Part shown: positions 1-12,462 of the stretch, piece by piece
Layout of the letters: the number at the start of each line of letters is the position of its first letter
Numbering within the stretch: position 1 is the stretch's first letter
NCBI RefSeq assembly: GCF_006345805.1
Contig: NC_043013.1
Coordinates: forward strand, 16,988,001-17,052,000
Reading direction: 5' to 3'
Length of the DNA stretch: 64,000 nt
DNA from: Octopus sinensis
Taxonomy: Eukaryota
Notes under the pieces: generated by a model
Told to the model about the DNA's origin: nothing
Seen by the model: only the letters and a program-made list of their open reading frames with translations
Databases searched by the model: none
Made by a program: the position numbers and the translations under genes

Positions 1-1051
1 GATAAATACAACTAGTGATAGTATACATATTTGATATGAGTCCCCAAATGTGAAGAGTTCCACTTAGGATCCAGGATTACACTGACTAACAAAGGTTAAT
101 GCCTTCTCCATCCTATCACTTTTTGGGTTACAAGTGCATGCTATGAATAAACTCATTCATTTAGCTCATGTTTGCCCTTCACACTCAGAGTTATCTTTCA
201 ACAAAAATACATCAGAGCAGTATCTCCCTCTAAACTCTCACTCTCCACCCCAAGTGGAAATTGAAAAAGTTGATAAAAGCTGATAAGGGGCTAACTAAAG
301 GAGTGTGTATGTCCTCAGTCTTTTTCCAGTCACATCCACCAATTAATCCCTTTTACTATCACATCCAGATAGAGGAAAATTGCCTGCCCTTCCTGGACAA
401 AAGGTGCCAGTGAGATGATCTCTAAGAAGAACCTAAATATATGTAACAACAGTTGCTTCACAAAACTCTACAAGTCAACAATGCTTGTATGCTGAATGAG
501 TTCATGCCATACAGCTAATGGCACTTCGTTGCCTGTAATGTTTATCTCAAAACAGCAATGCCTCCCCTATTCCCCCATAGCATTGCTACTTCAAGGGTTC
601 TGGACATTGTCTATAGTCTCCAAACTGAAAATTCTCTGGAACAGACCAGCCAGTTGATTCGTCACGCCCCACTTTTCCAAGTATGTTGTCACTCTTTCCT
701 ATCGTTAGTTCTTGGTTAAAATGCCAACAAGGAAGTCCCACTACCTGACTGAGAGAAGTCTGTGAGCATTTGGCATCATTGCCAATGCCAGATAGTCAGT
801 TTTGGTCTTCATTCAATCTAGGACTGTAACCACAAAGATGTGAGCTTTTTAGAATAAAACTGTGCCAAAGCGCAACTGCATCTGCTCTTCATCCAGAAAT
901 TTCTGAAGGTGCCACAGCAATGGTGTATGTCTGCATGTCATCGGTCACAGAATACTGAACTTTTAGCAGAGATAGTGTTGGCAGCAAATGGACAGTTTGA
1001 CAGTGGAACATGTCTCTTATACAAGAAGCAAGAGTACACATTCTAATCTAA

Positions 1052-1982
1052 TCAGGTGATTATATCAGTGTTTGGTTCATCAGTGAATCTACCACAGCAT
1101 CTCTTATGTGTCCATAGTTTACACTGGGTGCAGCAAATGGTATTTCTTCCAATTCCTTTACTACATATGGAGCAAGGCCTTTTACCTGATGGAAAGAAAG
1201 TTTTATCTTCTTTCTTACTAACAACCACTTTTGTCATAGCTAGGTTAACTTTAAGGCCCTTTGATTTCAGGTTTTGTTTCCATACCTGGAATTTCTTCTC
1301 TAATTTTGCTAAAGATTCTGCAATAAGAGCAAAGTCATCTGCAAATAGTAGTTCCCATGGGCACCTAGTTTTGAATTCCTCTGTTATGGCCTGGAGGACT
1401 ATAATGAATAAGAATGGGCTGAGAACTGAGCCCTGGTGAACCCCTACCTAAATGCTGAATTCATCACTGTATTCATGGCTGACACTCACCTTCCTGACAG
1501 CACCACTATACATGGCTTGGGCAGCTCTAACAAGCCATTCTTCTACTCCTAACTTCTTTAGAGACCACCATATAACAGAGCGGGGAACTCTGTCGAAAGC
1601 TGTCTCCCGGTCAACAAAGGCTAAATACAATGGCTTACTTTTGACCAAGTACTTTTCCTACTGCTGTCTCACCAGGAAGATAGCATCTGTGGTACTCTTT
1701 CCAGATACAAAACCAAACTGCATCTCATCTAGTTTAATTCTATTTCTAATCAGTTGATCTTTAACCCTCTCAGTAATTTTCATGGCTTGGTCTAGCAGTT
1801 TAATACCTCTGTAGTTGTTTTCATCTAAGGCATCACCTTTACCCTTGTAGCAGCTAATTATAATGCTACTACACCAGTCATTGGGGATGCTGCCTTCCTG
1901 AATAACCTGATTAACTATACAAGTGACTAAGCTGCATCTCACACCACTGGAAATTTTAATCATCTTGGCAGTGATTCCTGAT
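1052..1982 (-). pseudogene. RTE-clade LINE reverse transcriptase fragment, disrupted by stops, with a PHD-like Cys/His motif after the RT core
   Basis: Consecutive minus-strand translations give YKGKGDALD..NYRGIKLL, QFGFVSGKSTTDAIF, LYLAFVD..AFDRVPR, GVHQGSVLSPFLF, LLFADD and GLKVNLAMTK. These are followed by CSIC..CTQCKLWTHKRC. All are typical non-LTR RT motifs of RTE type. Confidence 0.93.
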
Positions 1983-2019
1983 GTGTGTATACATATATAT
2001 ATATATATATATATATATT

Positions 2020-2247
2020 AAGGTATGTAGAAAAATACAACATGGACAAGAACGTATAACTCTTAGAAGACGATACAATAAACATGGACAGGACATTCGA
2101 ACCCCTCAGTCTTCAGTCAAGAACCGGATCATCGTAGTAATTTCGGCTGATTAATCTTGAGATTACTAGATCACGGCCAGCCCTCCAAGAAAAACTAAGC
2201 AACGAGCATTAGAAAAACTAAGCTGGAAGCGTAGATTTCCTGGAAGA

Positions 2248-2250
<3 letters not shown>
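2020..2250. repeat. Interspersed repeat embedded in (TA)n; related copy at 27450-27588
   Basis: Both copies share catggacaagaac...ggacattcgaa..cctcagtc.tcagtcaagaacc.gatcatc.tag.aatttcggctgattaat. Confidence 0.75.
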
Positions 2251-2333
<83 letters not shown>

Positions 2334-2497
2334 TCTATAATTATAAGCCTAATTATAATTAGGGTTCGGAAAAAATTGCTTCACCACATACCAAAATTTA
2401 AAAATAGCAGTTAAATACTATTCCACTAACATAAGATATCTCCCAGACAGTAATACTTTCAACTCCCGCAGGTAAAGAATCCACCTGGCTTTGATTA

Positions 2498-2571
2498 ACT
2501 ATATACACGTTTCTGAGTTAAAAAGATGTAAAATCATATTTCTACTCAATTATTCCCGTCATCAGTATAGT
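2498..2571 (-). ncRNA. Minimal type-I hammerhead ribozyme-like motif
   Basis: Minus strand reads ACTATA-CTGATGA-(long stem II region with TGAGT/ACTCA)-GAA-ACGTGT-A-TATAGT. It has a 6-bp stem I, an intact core, a near-palindromic stem III (ACGCGT with CpG decay) and a GUA triplet. Stem II is atypical. Confidence 0.65.
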
Positions 2572-2925
2572 ATTTCAATTTTAAATTCAAGAGCACTGAT
2601 AATTAATAAACGCATTCGATCAAGTGCCATCGGACAGCATAAATCCAAGAACCAGTAGTTCCGAATTCAAACAGACGAATGAGATCTTGTATTCCTCCTC
2701 AATCACCCATGTGTGCCACAAGTAATTCCGCAGAAACTGCAGTTTACTATCAGGGAGTGAATCATATTATCAATAATAAACATTATCAATAATATTATTG
2801 ATAACATATATATATATATATATATATTATTATTATTATTTAATGTACAGTATAAAGGTACAAGCTAATAGATTCTTGCTTTGGAGACACAAGTCAACGC
2901 AGATTTTTATAACACACCTTGTATG

Positions 2926-2978
<53 letters not shown>

Positions 2979-2999
2979 GCATGTATGTATATTGATGTG

Positions 3000-3260
3000 T
3001 ATGTGTGTGTGTGTGTGTGTGTTCCCCTTTACCTTGACATCACACAATTGTTGTTTGTAAACAAGTGCCCCCATCATACAAACAGTGTTTTTTGTTTATA
3101 GCCTGCAACGAAAACATGTCTAGCCTTGGGGAAATATCATTTCACTTGAAATCAGGTAAGTGTTGGTGACAAGGACATTCCGATGTAGAAAACTTGCTTT
3201 GATGAATTCCATCTGACCCATGCAAGCATGATAAAGTGGATGTCAAAATGATGATTATGA
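3000..3260 (+). mobile_element. Degenerate SINE 3' portion ending in an RTE-type (ATG)n tail
   Basis: ggtgacaaggacattccgatgtagaaaa...acccatgcaagcatg.taaagtggatgtcaaaatgatgat matches the RTE-like tail seen elsewhere in the window. Confidence 0.55.
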
Positions 3261-3288
3261 TGATAATGATAGATAATAATAATCTTAC

Positions 3289-3421
3289 CATAGATTTTCC
3301 TCTTCATCAATGAGTTGGCTATGTTTGCTGCCAATGGACTTGGATTTTATAACTGGTACTCGACTCATTGTTAGAACAGGCATTCCTTAGTGCCTCTCAG
3401 CACAACAGTACATCATTCTAC
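3289..3421 (-). other. Candidate host exon (133 nt) with possible start codon; encodes MPVLTMSRVPVIKSKSIGSKHSQLIDEEENL, phase 2
   Basis: On the minus strand the acceptor is ttctttctcttcctattgcag|G and the donor is TG|gtaaga. An ATG at 3383 opens a frame running to the donor. No recognisable homology. Confidence 0.45.
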
Positions 3422-3920
3422 CTGCAATAGGAAGAGAAAGAATTGGTAAGATCAGTAAAAAATGGACAATTGGAAGAAGAGAGTCTGGCATGGGTTGGGC
3501 ATGTTTTCTGAATGAGTGTTTTATGACTAGGTGACTGTCCTCTTGTCATCCCTTTTAGTCACCTCTTATACATAGAAATACAGGTAAAGCTATTCTAAGA
3601 CTGGAATATATACAGTGTCATAAAGCATGTGTATCTATAACTTGCAACGAATATGACCAGGTAACAAGTACTTTGCTTTCATTAATTGTTTTAGGTGCCT
3701 GTGCAGGTGTGAGTAGACATAAACATTCTGTTGGCCCTTCCAGCAGAACACTGAAGATGTGACAGCTGCAGGAAGAGAGAACTACACCAGCAATAGTATG
3801 ATATGATACTCAGTGCTCTGCTCAAAGACACAGGCTACACCATCTAGTCCTAACCACTAGGCCATATGCCCTCATGCATTTGGTCTCATACGCACAGTAA
3901 TGTTTTCTTCTACTTATTAT

Positions 3921-4150
3921 TAAGGTGGTGAGCAGGCAGAATTGTTAGAGCATCAGACATAATGCTTAGTGGCATTTCTTTTAGCTCTTTACATTCTGAA
4001 TTCAAATTCTGCTAAGGTTGATTTTGCCTTCCATACTTCTGGGGTCAATAAAATAAGTACCAATCAAGCACTAGGGGCAATGTAATTAACAATCACCTTC
4101 TCCCAACAAATCAAATTTCAAGCCTTGTGCATATAGTAAAAAGGATTATT
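3921..4150 (+). mobile_element. tRNA-derived SINE (family A) with a Meta-domain-like core
   Basis: ggtggtgagcaggcagaattgttag...ttctgaattcaaattc...gccttccatacttctggggtcaataaaataagtacc; many copies occur in the window. Confidence 0.75.
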
Positions 4151-4164
4151 ATTATTATCATTAT

Positions 4165-4665
4165 TGAGTGAGAGAGCAGTGCATGCTATCAAAGTGACAC
4201 TGGGGTAAAATATACGAAGCCCAGTATACCCATCTGACAAAAGTACACCAGGCATATGCATCACAACCAGATGTGTGGGACATGGTGATCTCATAACAGG
4301 ATAAACAGTGCATGACCTTGCAGGTGGGGCCCAGTTAGAATTTTCTTCAGGTTGAGTAAGATCCCTGAATAAAATTTGTTTAAGGATGTTGAATGAAACA
4401 CCCATGTTTCCAGAGGTGAACTATTCAAATCTCAAAGAATTCCTCTCAACACATGGCTATGATGCTCCTCCATACTACAGCTCATGATCAGAGACCCACA
4501 TATCACCAGCCACCAAGGGGCATGCTCAAATAGTTATGGTCAAGCAACTGACAAGCAAATCTGTAGTATTGAGCAGAATATTTGCTGTAACCCACCATTT
4601 ATACCGAGACAAAACATGTACGTGATAACACTTCCAATCAGTTAAGATCAGAAGCCATGAGAGAT
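4165..4665. repeat. ~500-bp interspersed repeat in (ATT)n; second copy at 51047-51600
   Basis: Both copies are highly similar from tgagtgagagagcagtgcatg to cagttaagatcagaagccatgagag. Confidence 0.85.
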
Positions 4666-5648
4666 GCATAATTATTATCCTGCCAGTACTGACTTTGCAG
4701 TTCATCCTTATGCTGTTGATAAAATAAAGTACCAGTCAAGTACTGGACTTGATATAATCAACTAAACCCTTTCACCTAAAATTACTGGCCTTGAGCCAAA
4801 GTTTGAAACCATTATTATTGTTGTTATCAATAATATTTTAAAAGGCATAAAAAAAATCTATAGAAGTCCTCATAAAAGTAAAAAAAAAAAATATAGATTT
4901 AATAAATAATTTAAAATTTTTGCAAAAACAAGACAAAAAACTGAGGGTATGTGGGCAAGGGATGAAAACCTAACACATACAGAGATATATTTTAGAAAAT
5001 TTGGTGATATATCTAATGTTTTATTTACAATTAAAGTGCAGAAGAGACATCAAAGGGAACAAGAGAGAGAGAAAAAAAAACAAACGAAAGCAACAAACTA
5101 TAGAAATATTTTTAAAATGCGCAGAAGTCTAAAACAAAAGATGAAATTCAATGAAAGATGTGACATTCTTGTATGGTGTTGCTTCCATTAAACTTTTATC
5201 TCGATATATTTTACAGAAACAGAGGTTCCTAAGTGATTAAATTGGATGTTAATAATAATAAAATTTACATTTCAAATAGCATGCTGCGTGTTTATGTTTT
5301 ATTCTGTTTTAGAATCTTTTGTCAGAACCCTCCTCTCCTTATCATCCTTTATTATCTCCTCCTCCCCACTGTCTCTCTCCCTTAGGTTCCTTTTTTTCAA
5401 AGCTGCTTGCCAAGAGATCAACTGATAGAGATCATGTAATATATTATCATCATCATTTCTACACACACACACATGCAATTATATACATATATATTTGGGT
5501 GGAAGGTGTATGTGTGTTTATGCTTGTACATATAAATAATTTTTTAAATGATAATGATACACAACACACACACATTTAAATATGCATAAGAATAAGTAGG
5601 GAAATATGTGTGTCTACATATGTATGTGTGTGTGTGCGCGCATATATA

Positions 5649-5692
<44 letters not shown>

Positions 5693-5699
5693 CACACAC

Positions 5700-5731
5700 A
5701 CACACAGGCATATATATATAGACACAAACAC

Positions 5732-5767
<36 letters not shown>

Positions 5768-5922
5768 TATATATAGACACAAACACATTATATATATATA
5801 CACACACACACACCACATATATATAGACACAAACACATTATATATATACACACACACACATATATATAGACACAAACACATTATATATATACACACACAC
5901 ACATATATAGACACAAACACAT

Positions 5923-5958
<36 letters not shown>

Positions 5959-6033
5959 TATATATAGACACAAACACATTATATATATATATATATAACA
6001 CACACACACACACATATATAGACACAAACACAT

Positions 6034-6067
<34 letters not shown>

Positions 6068-6200
6068 TATATATAGACACAAACACATATATATATATAC
6101 ACACACCACACATATATATAGACACAAACACATTATATATATATATAACACACACACATATATATATAGACACAAACACATTATATATATATATATATAC
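5700..6200. repeat. Compound microsatellite array: 10 copies of core TAGACACAAACACAT separated by variable (AT)n(AC)n
   Basis: The core was counted 10 times between 5719 and about 6182. Confidence 0.9.
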
Positions 6201-6212
6201 ACACACACATAC

Positions 6213-6249
<37 letters not shown>

Positions 6250-6377
6250 ATAATAAATTAATAAATAAAATATGCATATATACATATATGTATGTACCTA
6301 CATCTATATGTATATATTTGGTGTCCTGTACCCATATATGCATATATATATACATATAGATGTAGGTACGTACATAT

Positions 6378-7250
6378 ATCATCATCATCATCATCATCGT
6401 TTAACGTCCGCTTTCCGCGCTAGCATGGGTTGGACGGTTCGACCGGGTCTGGGAAGCCAGGGGCCGCTCCAGGCTCCAGTCTGAATCTGGCAGAGTTTCT
6501 ACGGCTGGATGCCCTTCCTAACGCCAACCACTCCGTGAGTGGATTGGGTGCTTTTTACGTGCCACCTGCACAGGGGCTGGAGGGTCCGGCATCGGTCACG
6601 ATCGGTTCGAGCTTTTAACGTGTCAGCGGCACGGGGGCAACGAGGTCCGGGGTACTTTGGGGATCGGGGTACTTTGGGGATCCAGGGTACTTTGGGGATC
6701 CGGGGTACTTAGAATGGGTAGGGGGTATGTGGAATTGCTGCAGAAAGCAGCCCGGGTCTTTGTAGTCACAGCATATCTCCAGAGATCTCGGTCCTTCGCC
6801 ATTGCCTCAGTGAGGCCCAATGCTCTGAGGTCATGCTTGACTACCTCATCCCATGTCTTCCTGGGTCTACCTCTCCCCCTGATACCTTCAACTGTTTGGG
6901 AGTGGCACTTCTTCACACATCTCTCTTCATCCATCCGCAGCACATGACCATACCATCGCAAGCGTCGCTCTTGCACACCACATCTGATGCTTCTTATATC
7001 CAGCATTTCTCTCAGGATGCTTACACTCTGTCTTGCGTGCACACTGACACTACACATCCAGCGGATCATGCTAGCTTCATTTCTTTCAAGTCTACGCATG
7101 TCTTCTGCAGTCACAGCCCATGTTTCATTACCGTGAAGCATGGCAGTTCGCACACATGCATCATACAATCTACCTTTTGCTCTGAGGGAGAGACCTTTTG
7201 TTGCCAGTAGGGGTAGGAGCTTTCTGAACTTTGCCCAGGCTATTCGTGTA
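6378..7250 (-). mobile_element. 5'-truncated RTE LINE (ORF2 C-terminus, 3'UTR and (ATG)n tail)
   Basis: ORF 6623-7264 contains IAWAKFRKLLPLL..KGRLYDACVRTAMLHGNETW..RRLRWYGHVLRM..RGRGRPRKTW. The tail reads ggacgttaaacgatgatgat on the minus strand. Confidence 0.93.
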
Positions 7251-7311
7251 TGTATATAATGCATATGTTTTATTTATTAATTTGTTATTATATGACGGAA
7301 CGCACACATCC

Positions 7312-7419
7312 ATTTCTAAGTAAGTTTTATCTATCTATATCATCATCATCATCATCATCGTTTAACGTCCGATGATGATGATGATGATGATGATATAGAT
7401 AGATAAAACTTACTTAGAA

Positions 7420-7421
<2 letters not shown>
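7312..7421. repeat. Near-perfect foldback centred on an RTE tail stub
   Basis: atttctaagtaagttttatctatctatat(cat)n cg-tttaacgtc-cg(atg)n atatagatagataaaacttacttagaaat. Confidence 0.9.
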
Positions 7422-7455
<34 letters not shown>

Positions 7456-8167
7456 ATATATCATTATATATATTCATATATTCAAGTAGAAGAATCAAGA
7501 CTTCCGATTGTATTCACTCAACACTTGACTCTCTAAAGCCCAGGCTACTTAGCAGCATAAAGGTACCACCATCAGGTGATTGTGAATACTCGTTTTCTTA
7601 TGGCAGGTAATATACTCTGTTTAAAATCAAGTTAGGTTAAACTTTGCTTTTCGTTCCTTTTTCCAGGATAAATGAATAAAATAAAATAATCCACCAAGTG
7701 TGAGCGGGTGATGAAGGGGGAAGAAGAGATAGCAGATGAGGCAGAGGAGGAGGGATGAATGGAAGAGGAAGAAAAGGAGGAGTGGATGAGGATGAGATGA
7801 TGTGAGTGTTTGTTGAACTCCCCTACCACCTCTCTGTATTCTCCAGAATTAGTGGCTTTCTGCTACATGAAAAATTAAAAGAAAAAAAAACAACTTATTT
7901 CTTACAATTTACAAATGTTTTTACAACAAATATTCGACATTTACCACTGCACCTCCTTTCCCCCACCTCCTGTCCTCCACCTCCTACCAATTAGCTAAAA
8001 CATTCTCATCTCGAAATTGCTGCAAATTTTTTAAAACAAGAATAAAATTCATTTCATTAACAGTAGACAAATTAATATATGCAACCACCCACCCAGTCAC
8101 ATATTCCATTATGAATATTTTTTTTCAATTCATATAAACTTTAAAAAATATATAATAAACAGAATTT

Positions 8168-8421
8168 AGTGCCACTGGACTGGCTCCTGTGCAGGTGGCA
8201 CATAAAAAGCACCATTTGGGCATGGCCAATACCAGTACCACCAAACTGGCCCTCGTGCTGGTGGCATGTAAAAGCACCCACTACACTCTTGGAGTGGTGG
8301 GCGTTAGGAAGGGCATCCAGCTGTAGAAACTCTGCCAGATCAGATTGGAGTCAGGTTCACCAGACCTCAGTCAAGTCGTCCAACCCATGCTAGCATGGAA
8401 AGCAGATGTTAAATGATGATG

Positions 8422-8457
<36 letters not shown>

Positions 8458-9077
8458 ATACATATATGCATATCATATTCACATACATATATGCATATCA
8501 TATTCACAGACATATATGTATTATATTCATCATCATCATCATCATTTAGCGTCCGTTTTCCATGCTAGCATGGGTTGGACGGTTCAACTGGGGTCTGTGA
8601 AGCCAGATGGCTGCATCAGTCCCAGTCTGATCTGGCAGTGTTTCTATGGCTGGATGCCCTTCCTAACGCCAACCACTCCACGAGTGTAGTGGATGCTTTT
8701 TACGTGCCACCCGCACAGGAGCCAGACGGAGCTGGCAAACGGCCACGAACGGATGGTGCTTTTACGTGCCACCGGCACGAAGGCCTGACGGCCGATGCCA
8801 GTGCCGCCTCAACTGGCTTCCGTGTCGGTGGCACATAAAATGCACCAATCCGATCATGGCCGTTGCCAGCCTCGCCTGGCACCTGTGCAGGTAGCACATA
8901 AAAAGCACCCACTACACTCACGGAGTGGTTGGCATTAGGAAGGGCATCCAGCTGTAGAAACACTGCCAGATCAGACTGAAGTCTGGTGCAGCCTTCTGGC
9001 TTTCCAGATCCCCGGTCGAACCATCCAACCCATGCTAGCATGGAAAACGGACGTTAAACGATGATGATGATGATGAT
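8168..9077. mobile_element. Three RTE 3'UTR-derived copies in alternating orientation (+ 8168-8425, - 8528-~8790, + ~8790-9077)
   Basis: All carry ctggatgcccttcctaacgccaaccactc / ggaagggcatccagctgtagaaac motifs and (CAT)n or (ATG)n tails. Confidence 0.88.
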
Positions 9078-9089
9078 AGATATATATAT

Positions 9090-9125
<36 letters not shown>

Positions 9126-9511
9126 CGTACTATATTCACGTACATATTTCTAGACATCCTAATCACTGCTATTTATTTACAAAGTATACAGAGTATTTTC
9201 ATGATTTTCTTAGAAGTCACAATTTATTTCACTTCTAAAAATACATAAATTTATATCATTTAAGAAACCAATATATCATTAGTTATGAACAAATAGCTAT
9301 AATTAATTTCAGTCATATATCAGTTTTTAATAAATATTAAGTGTCATTATACCTCTTTGGTACTTTGGAATAAAAATCAAATTGGTTAGTCTTGCCATAC
9401 TTACAATTCTAGCTATTAATATATTACCACTGAGCTGCTGAAGACCTAATTTCATATCAAGACATTTATTTAACACTTTCGTAGCCATACTTCTGTTGAA
9501 ATACACCCTCT

Positions 9512-9690
9512 ATCATCATCATCATCATCATCACCGTTTAATGTCCACTTTCCATGCTGGCATGGGTTGGATAGTTTGACTGAGGGCTGGTGAACCAGAA
9601 GGCTGCACCAGTCTCCAATCTGATCTGGCAAAGTTTCTACAGCTGGATGCCCTTCCTTACGCCAACCACTCTGAGACTGTGGTGGGTTTC
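9512..9690 (-). mobile_element. RTE 3'UTR fragment
   Basis: (cat)n..ttaatgtccactttccatgctggcatgggttgg...ctggatgcccttcc. Confidence 0.85.
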
Positions 9691-9866
9691 AAAAAGACAG
9701 TTTTTTGCCTTTTTTCCCATAACGATGTTATTTTTCCTGCAGCTTCTGCATTTTTTCATGTGTAAAATTTCAACAAAATCGATAGAATAGTCTCTAAGGA
9801 AATGCTTATTTAATACAAGGTCAAAGGTGGGCTAATCTTTAACACAGAAAACACGACCAACAGGTA

Positions 9867-9899
<33 letters not shown>

Positions 9900-10060
9900 T
9901 ATACACACACACACACACACTTACATACTAAAGTGAGCACTATATACATATACACACACACACTTACATACTAAAGTGAGCACTCTGGTTTTGGTAAAAA
10001 TAAACTGTACACTTTCATATACACATGCACTTAGAAAAGTACATGCATACACACACACAC

Positions 10061-10119
<59 letters not shown>

Positions 10120-11869
10120 TATATATGCATATATAACTATATATAAGCATCTATAAACATATACATGCATACAAAAAGTTGTAAATGAAAAAGATTTTTA
10201 AAGTGAGCAAAAAATGATGTGACCCAGTTTATTTTTCAAGGTGAATTTTCTGAATTCAATACATATTTTACGGAAATCTTAAAAATGATTCCAATGTTAG
10301 AGATATGGCTCACACTTCTTCACTTCAAACATCCTTCCATTTGCTTCTCTCTCGCTCTCTCTCTCTCCCCACTTTTATACTTACATAGATAAAATAAAAA
10401 TAATTTTTTAATTCAGTCTGTTTTTTTTTTTGGGGGGGGGGTTCAGTTTTTGCAAGATCAAATATAAATGATAATAATGATAATAGATGTGGTAGCCATG
10501 ATGATGATGATGATAGAATATAATGTGAAAATAATAATAATAATCAGTGGATTTTGAAGTTTCACTCCATAAAGATCAATGTGTTGAATATGTGTGTGTG
10601 TGTGTGTGTGTGTTGATGAACATTTATGGAGCTGCTTAATCATTACTTTGAACTTAACCAACAACACGAAACTCAGAGTGCCAACAATTAAAGTGGCACC
10701 AAATAGCTTTTTATAACATATATAAATATTATGTGCATGTCTATAGTAAACGTGTGTGTGTGTTTGTGTGTATGTTCAGAAATACATTATACACATACAT
10801 ACATGCATATATGCATACATACTTATATACATACATACATACATACATACATACACACATGTACACACTCACATACAAAAGACTTTACTGTTTCTAATCT
10901 TTCCTTTTTTTAATATTTTTTTTCGTAATTCCAATAGTTTCTGCTGAATTGTTCAGAAATTAATTCCATTTTGAGTGGATGAAAGCCATTAAAGATTAAA
11001 ATAGAATTGTGAAAAGCCAAAGAATTTTATTGAAATCACCCCCTACACATGCTTACATACATATCCAAGCACACACACACACACATAAACAACTATCTAC
11101 TCATAGTCATCATCCTCCTACCCCTGCAACTTGTACAACAAACCCATGGTATAGGAGTTAATGGTATTGCTACTACTACACCATGGAATTCATATGCACT
11201 TTAAGGCTCTGATGAATAACAACAACGATGATGATGATGTGTTTGCAATTAAATTATTTTGCTTTCACCTTTACTTTCAGACACAAAGAAGGGGGCGAGG
11301 TGCATAGATAGATAGCTGTACATTTGTGTTTCCAATGAAAAAGTACTCAATGCATAAACTAGAGTATGCATATTTTAGCAGACGCTGAAGCTTATAAAAA
11401 TCACTACTCTGAGCACCAGTTGATTATTAAACAATTGATCGAGGGAATCACCCTGACCAATATTACAGGGAAAAATATTTATAAACATCAAAGTATGATT
11501 ACTTATCAAGATTTGGCTGGTCACCAAAAAATCTTTGTAAAATGGGTCACACAATCCTCTGTTTAATTGTTACACATCCAGCAGGTGATGTGTCTTGAGA
11601 CATTCATTTAATCAAATGTTCTACGTGCACAAACATGGCATGTCATATAATTCTTCTTCTACATGCAAAAAATCATGCATGCTTTTATATGTTTTACATA
11701 AATATATTATTTTAGACTTAAAAATACTAATTGCCTTTGCATGTGAATAGATGAATGTGTGATGCATTCTCTAACAAGTTAATTTTGTGGTTAATGATAT
11801 TTTGATGTGTTTATGTGTATTTTTGCTTATGTATTATCACACTGCTTCCCTTCATTAATTGTTTGTAAT

Positions 11870-12230
11870 ATTAGTATACTTAAAATTAGATGGCCCGAAC
11901 ACATAAGCAATATGGAGCTATGGCAAAGAACAAACAAAGTTTCGATTAGGGAGCAAATATTTAAGAAAAAGTGGAAGTGGATTGGTAGTACAATTAGAAA
12001 AGACACACCAAATGTAGTGAAAAGTGCTTTACAGTGGAAACCGGATGGATATAGAAGGAGAGGTAGGCCTAAGAACTTGTGGCGTAGATCAACACAAAAG
12101 GAACTAGAGAAAGGGGGACATTCATGGCAGAGTATAAGTACAGAAGCCAAAAATTATACAACATGGAATTCAACTATAAGTGGCCTATACTTCACATTGG
12201 AGGGTTAAAGGCATAAAGAAAAAAGAAGAA
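11870..12230 (+). mobile_element. 3' end of a second RTE-type LINE family
   Basis: ILKIRWPEHISNMELWQRT..KWKWIGSTIRK..ALQWKPDGYRRRGRPKNLWRRS, then a stop and an A/AAG-rich tail. Confidence 0.88.
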
Positions 12231-12462
12231 AAAATAGTAACATGAAATTCAGAGAAATGATTCAAGAACCTGCACCTTCAAATAATAATAATGGTAATTC
12301 TTTCTACTATAGGCACAAGGATTGAAATTGTGTGTGTGGGGGGGGGGGATAGTTGATTACATCAACTTCAATGCTTGACAGGTAATATCTTATCAACCCC
12401 TAAAAGATGAAAGGCACTTTGGTGGGATTTGCACTAAGAATATAAAATCAGAAGAAATTCCC

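Noticed and set aside
1056-1757. Plus-strand ORFs of 127 and 101 aa (also 6657-7210)
   Set aside because: They are antisense shadows of the RTE reverse transcriptase.
5700-6200. CRISPR-like repeat-spacer appearance
   Set aside because: The spacers are microsatellites, the context is eukaryotic and there are no cas genes.
5610-6397. Long ORFs (249 and 237 aa) and similar YI/TH/CV-rich ORFs throughout the window
   Set aside because: They are translations of (AT)n, (AC)n and (ATGT)n microsatellites, not proteins.
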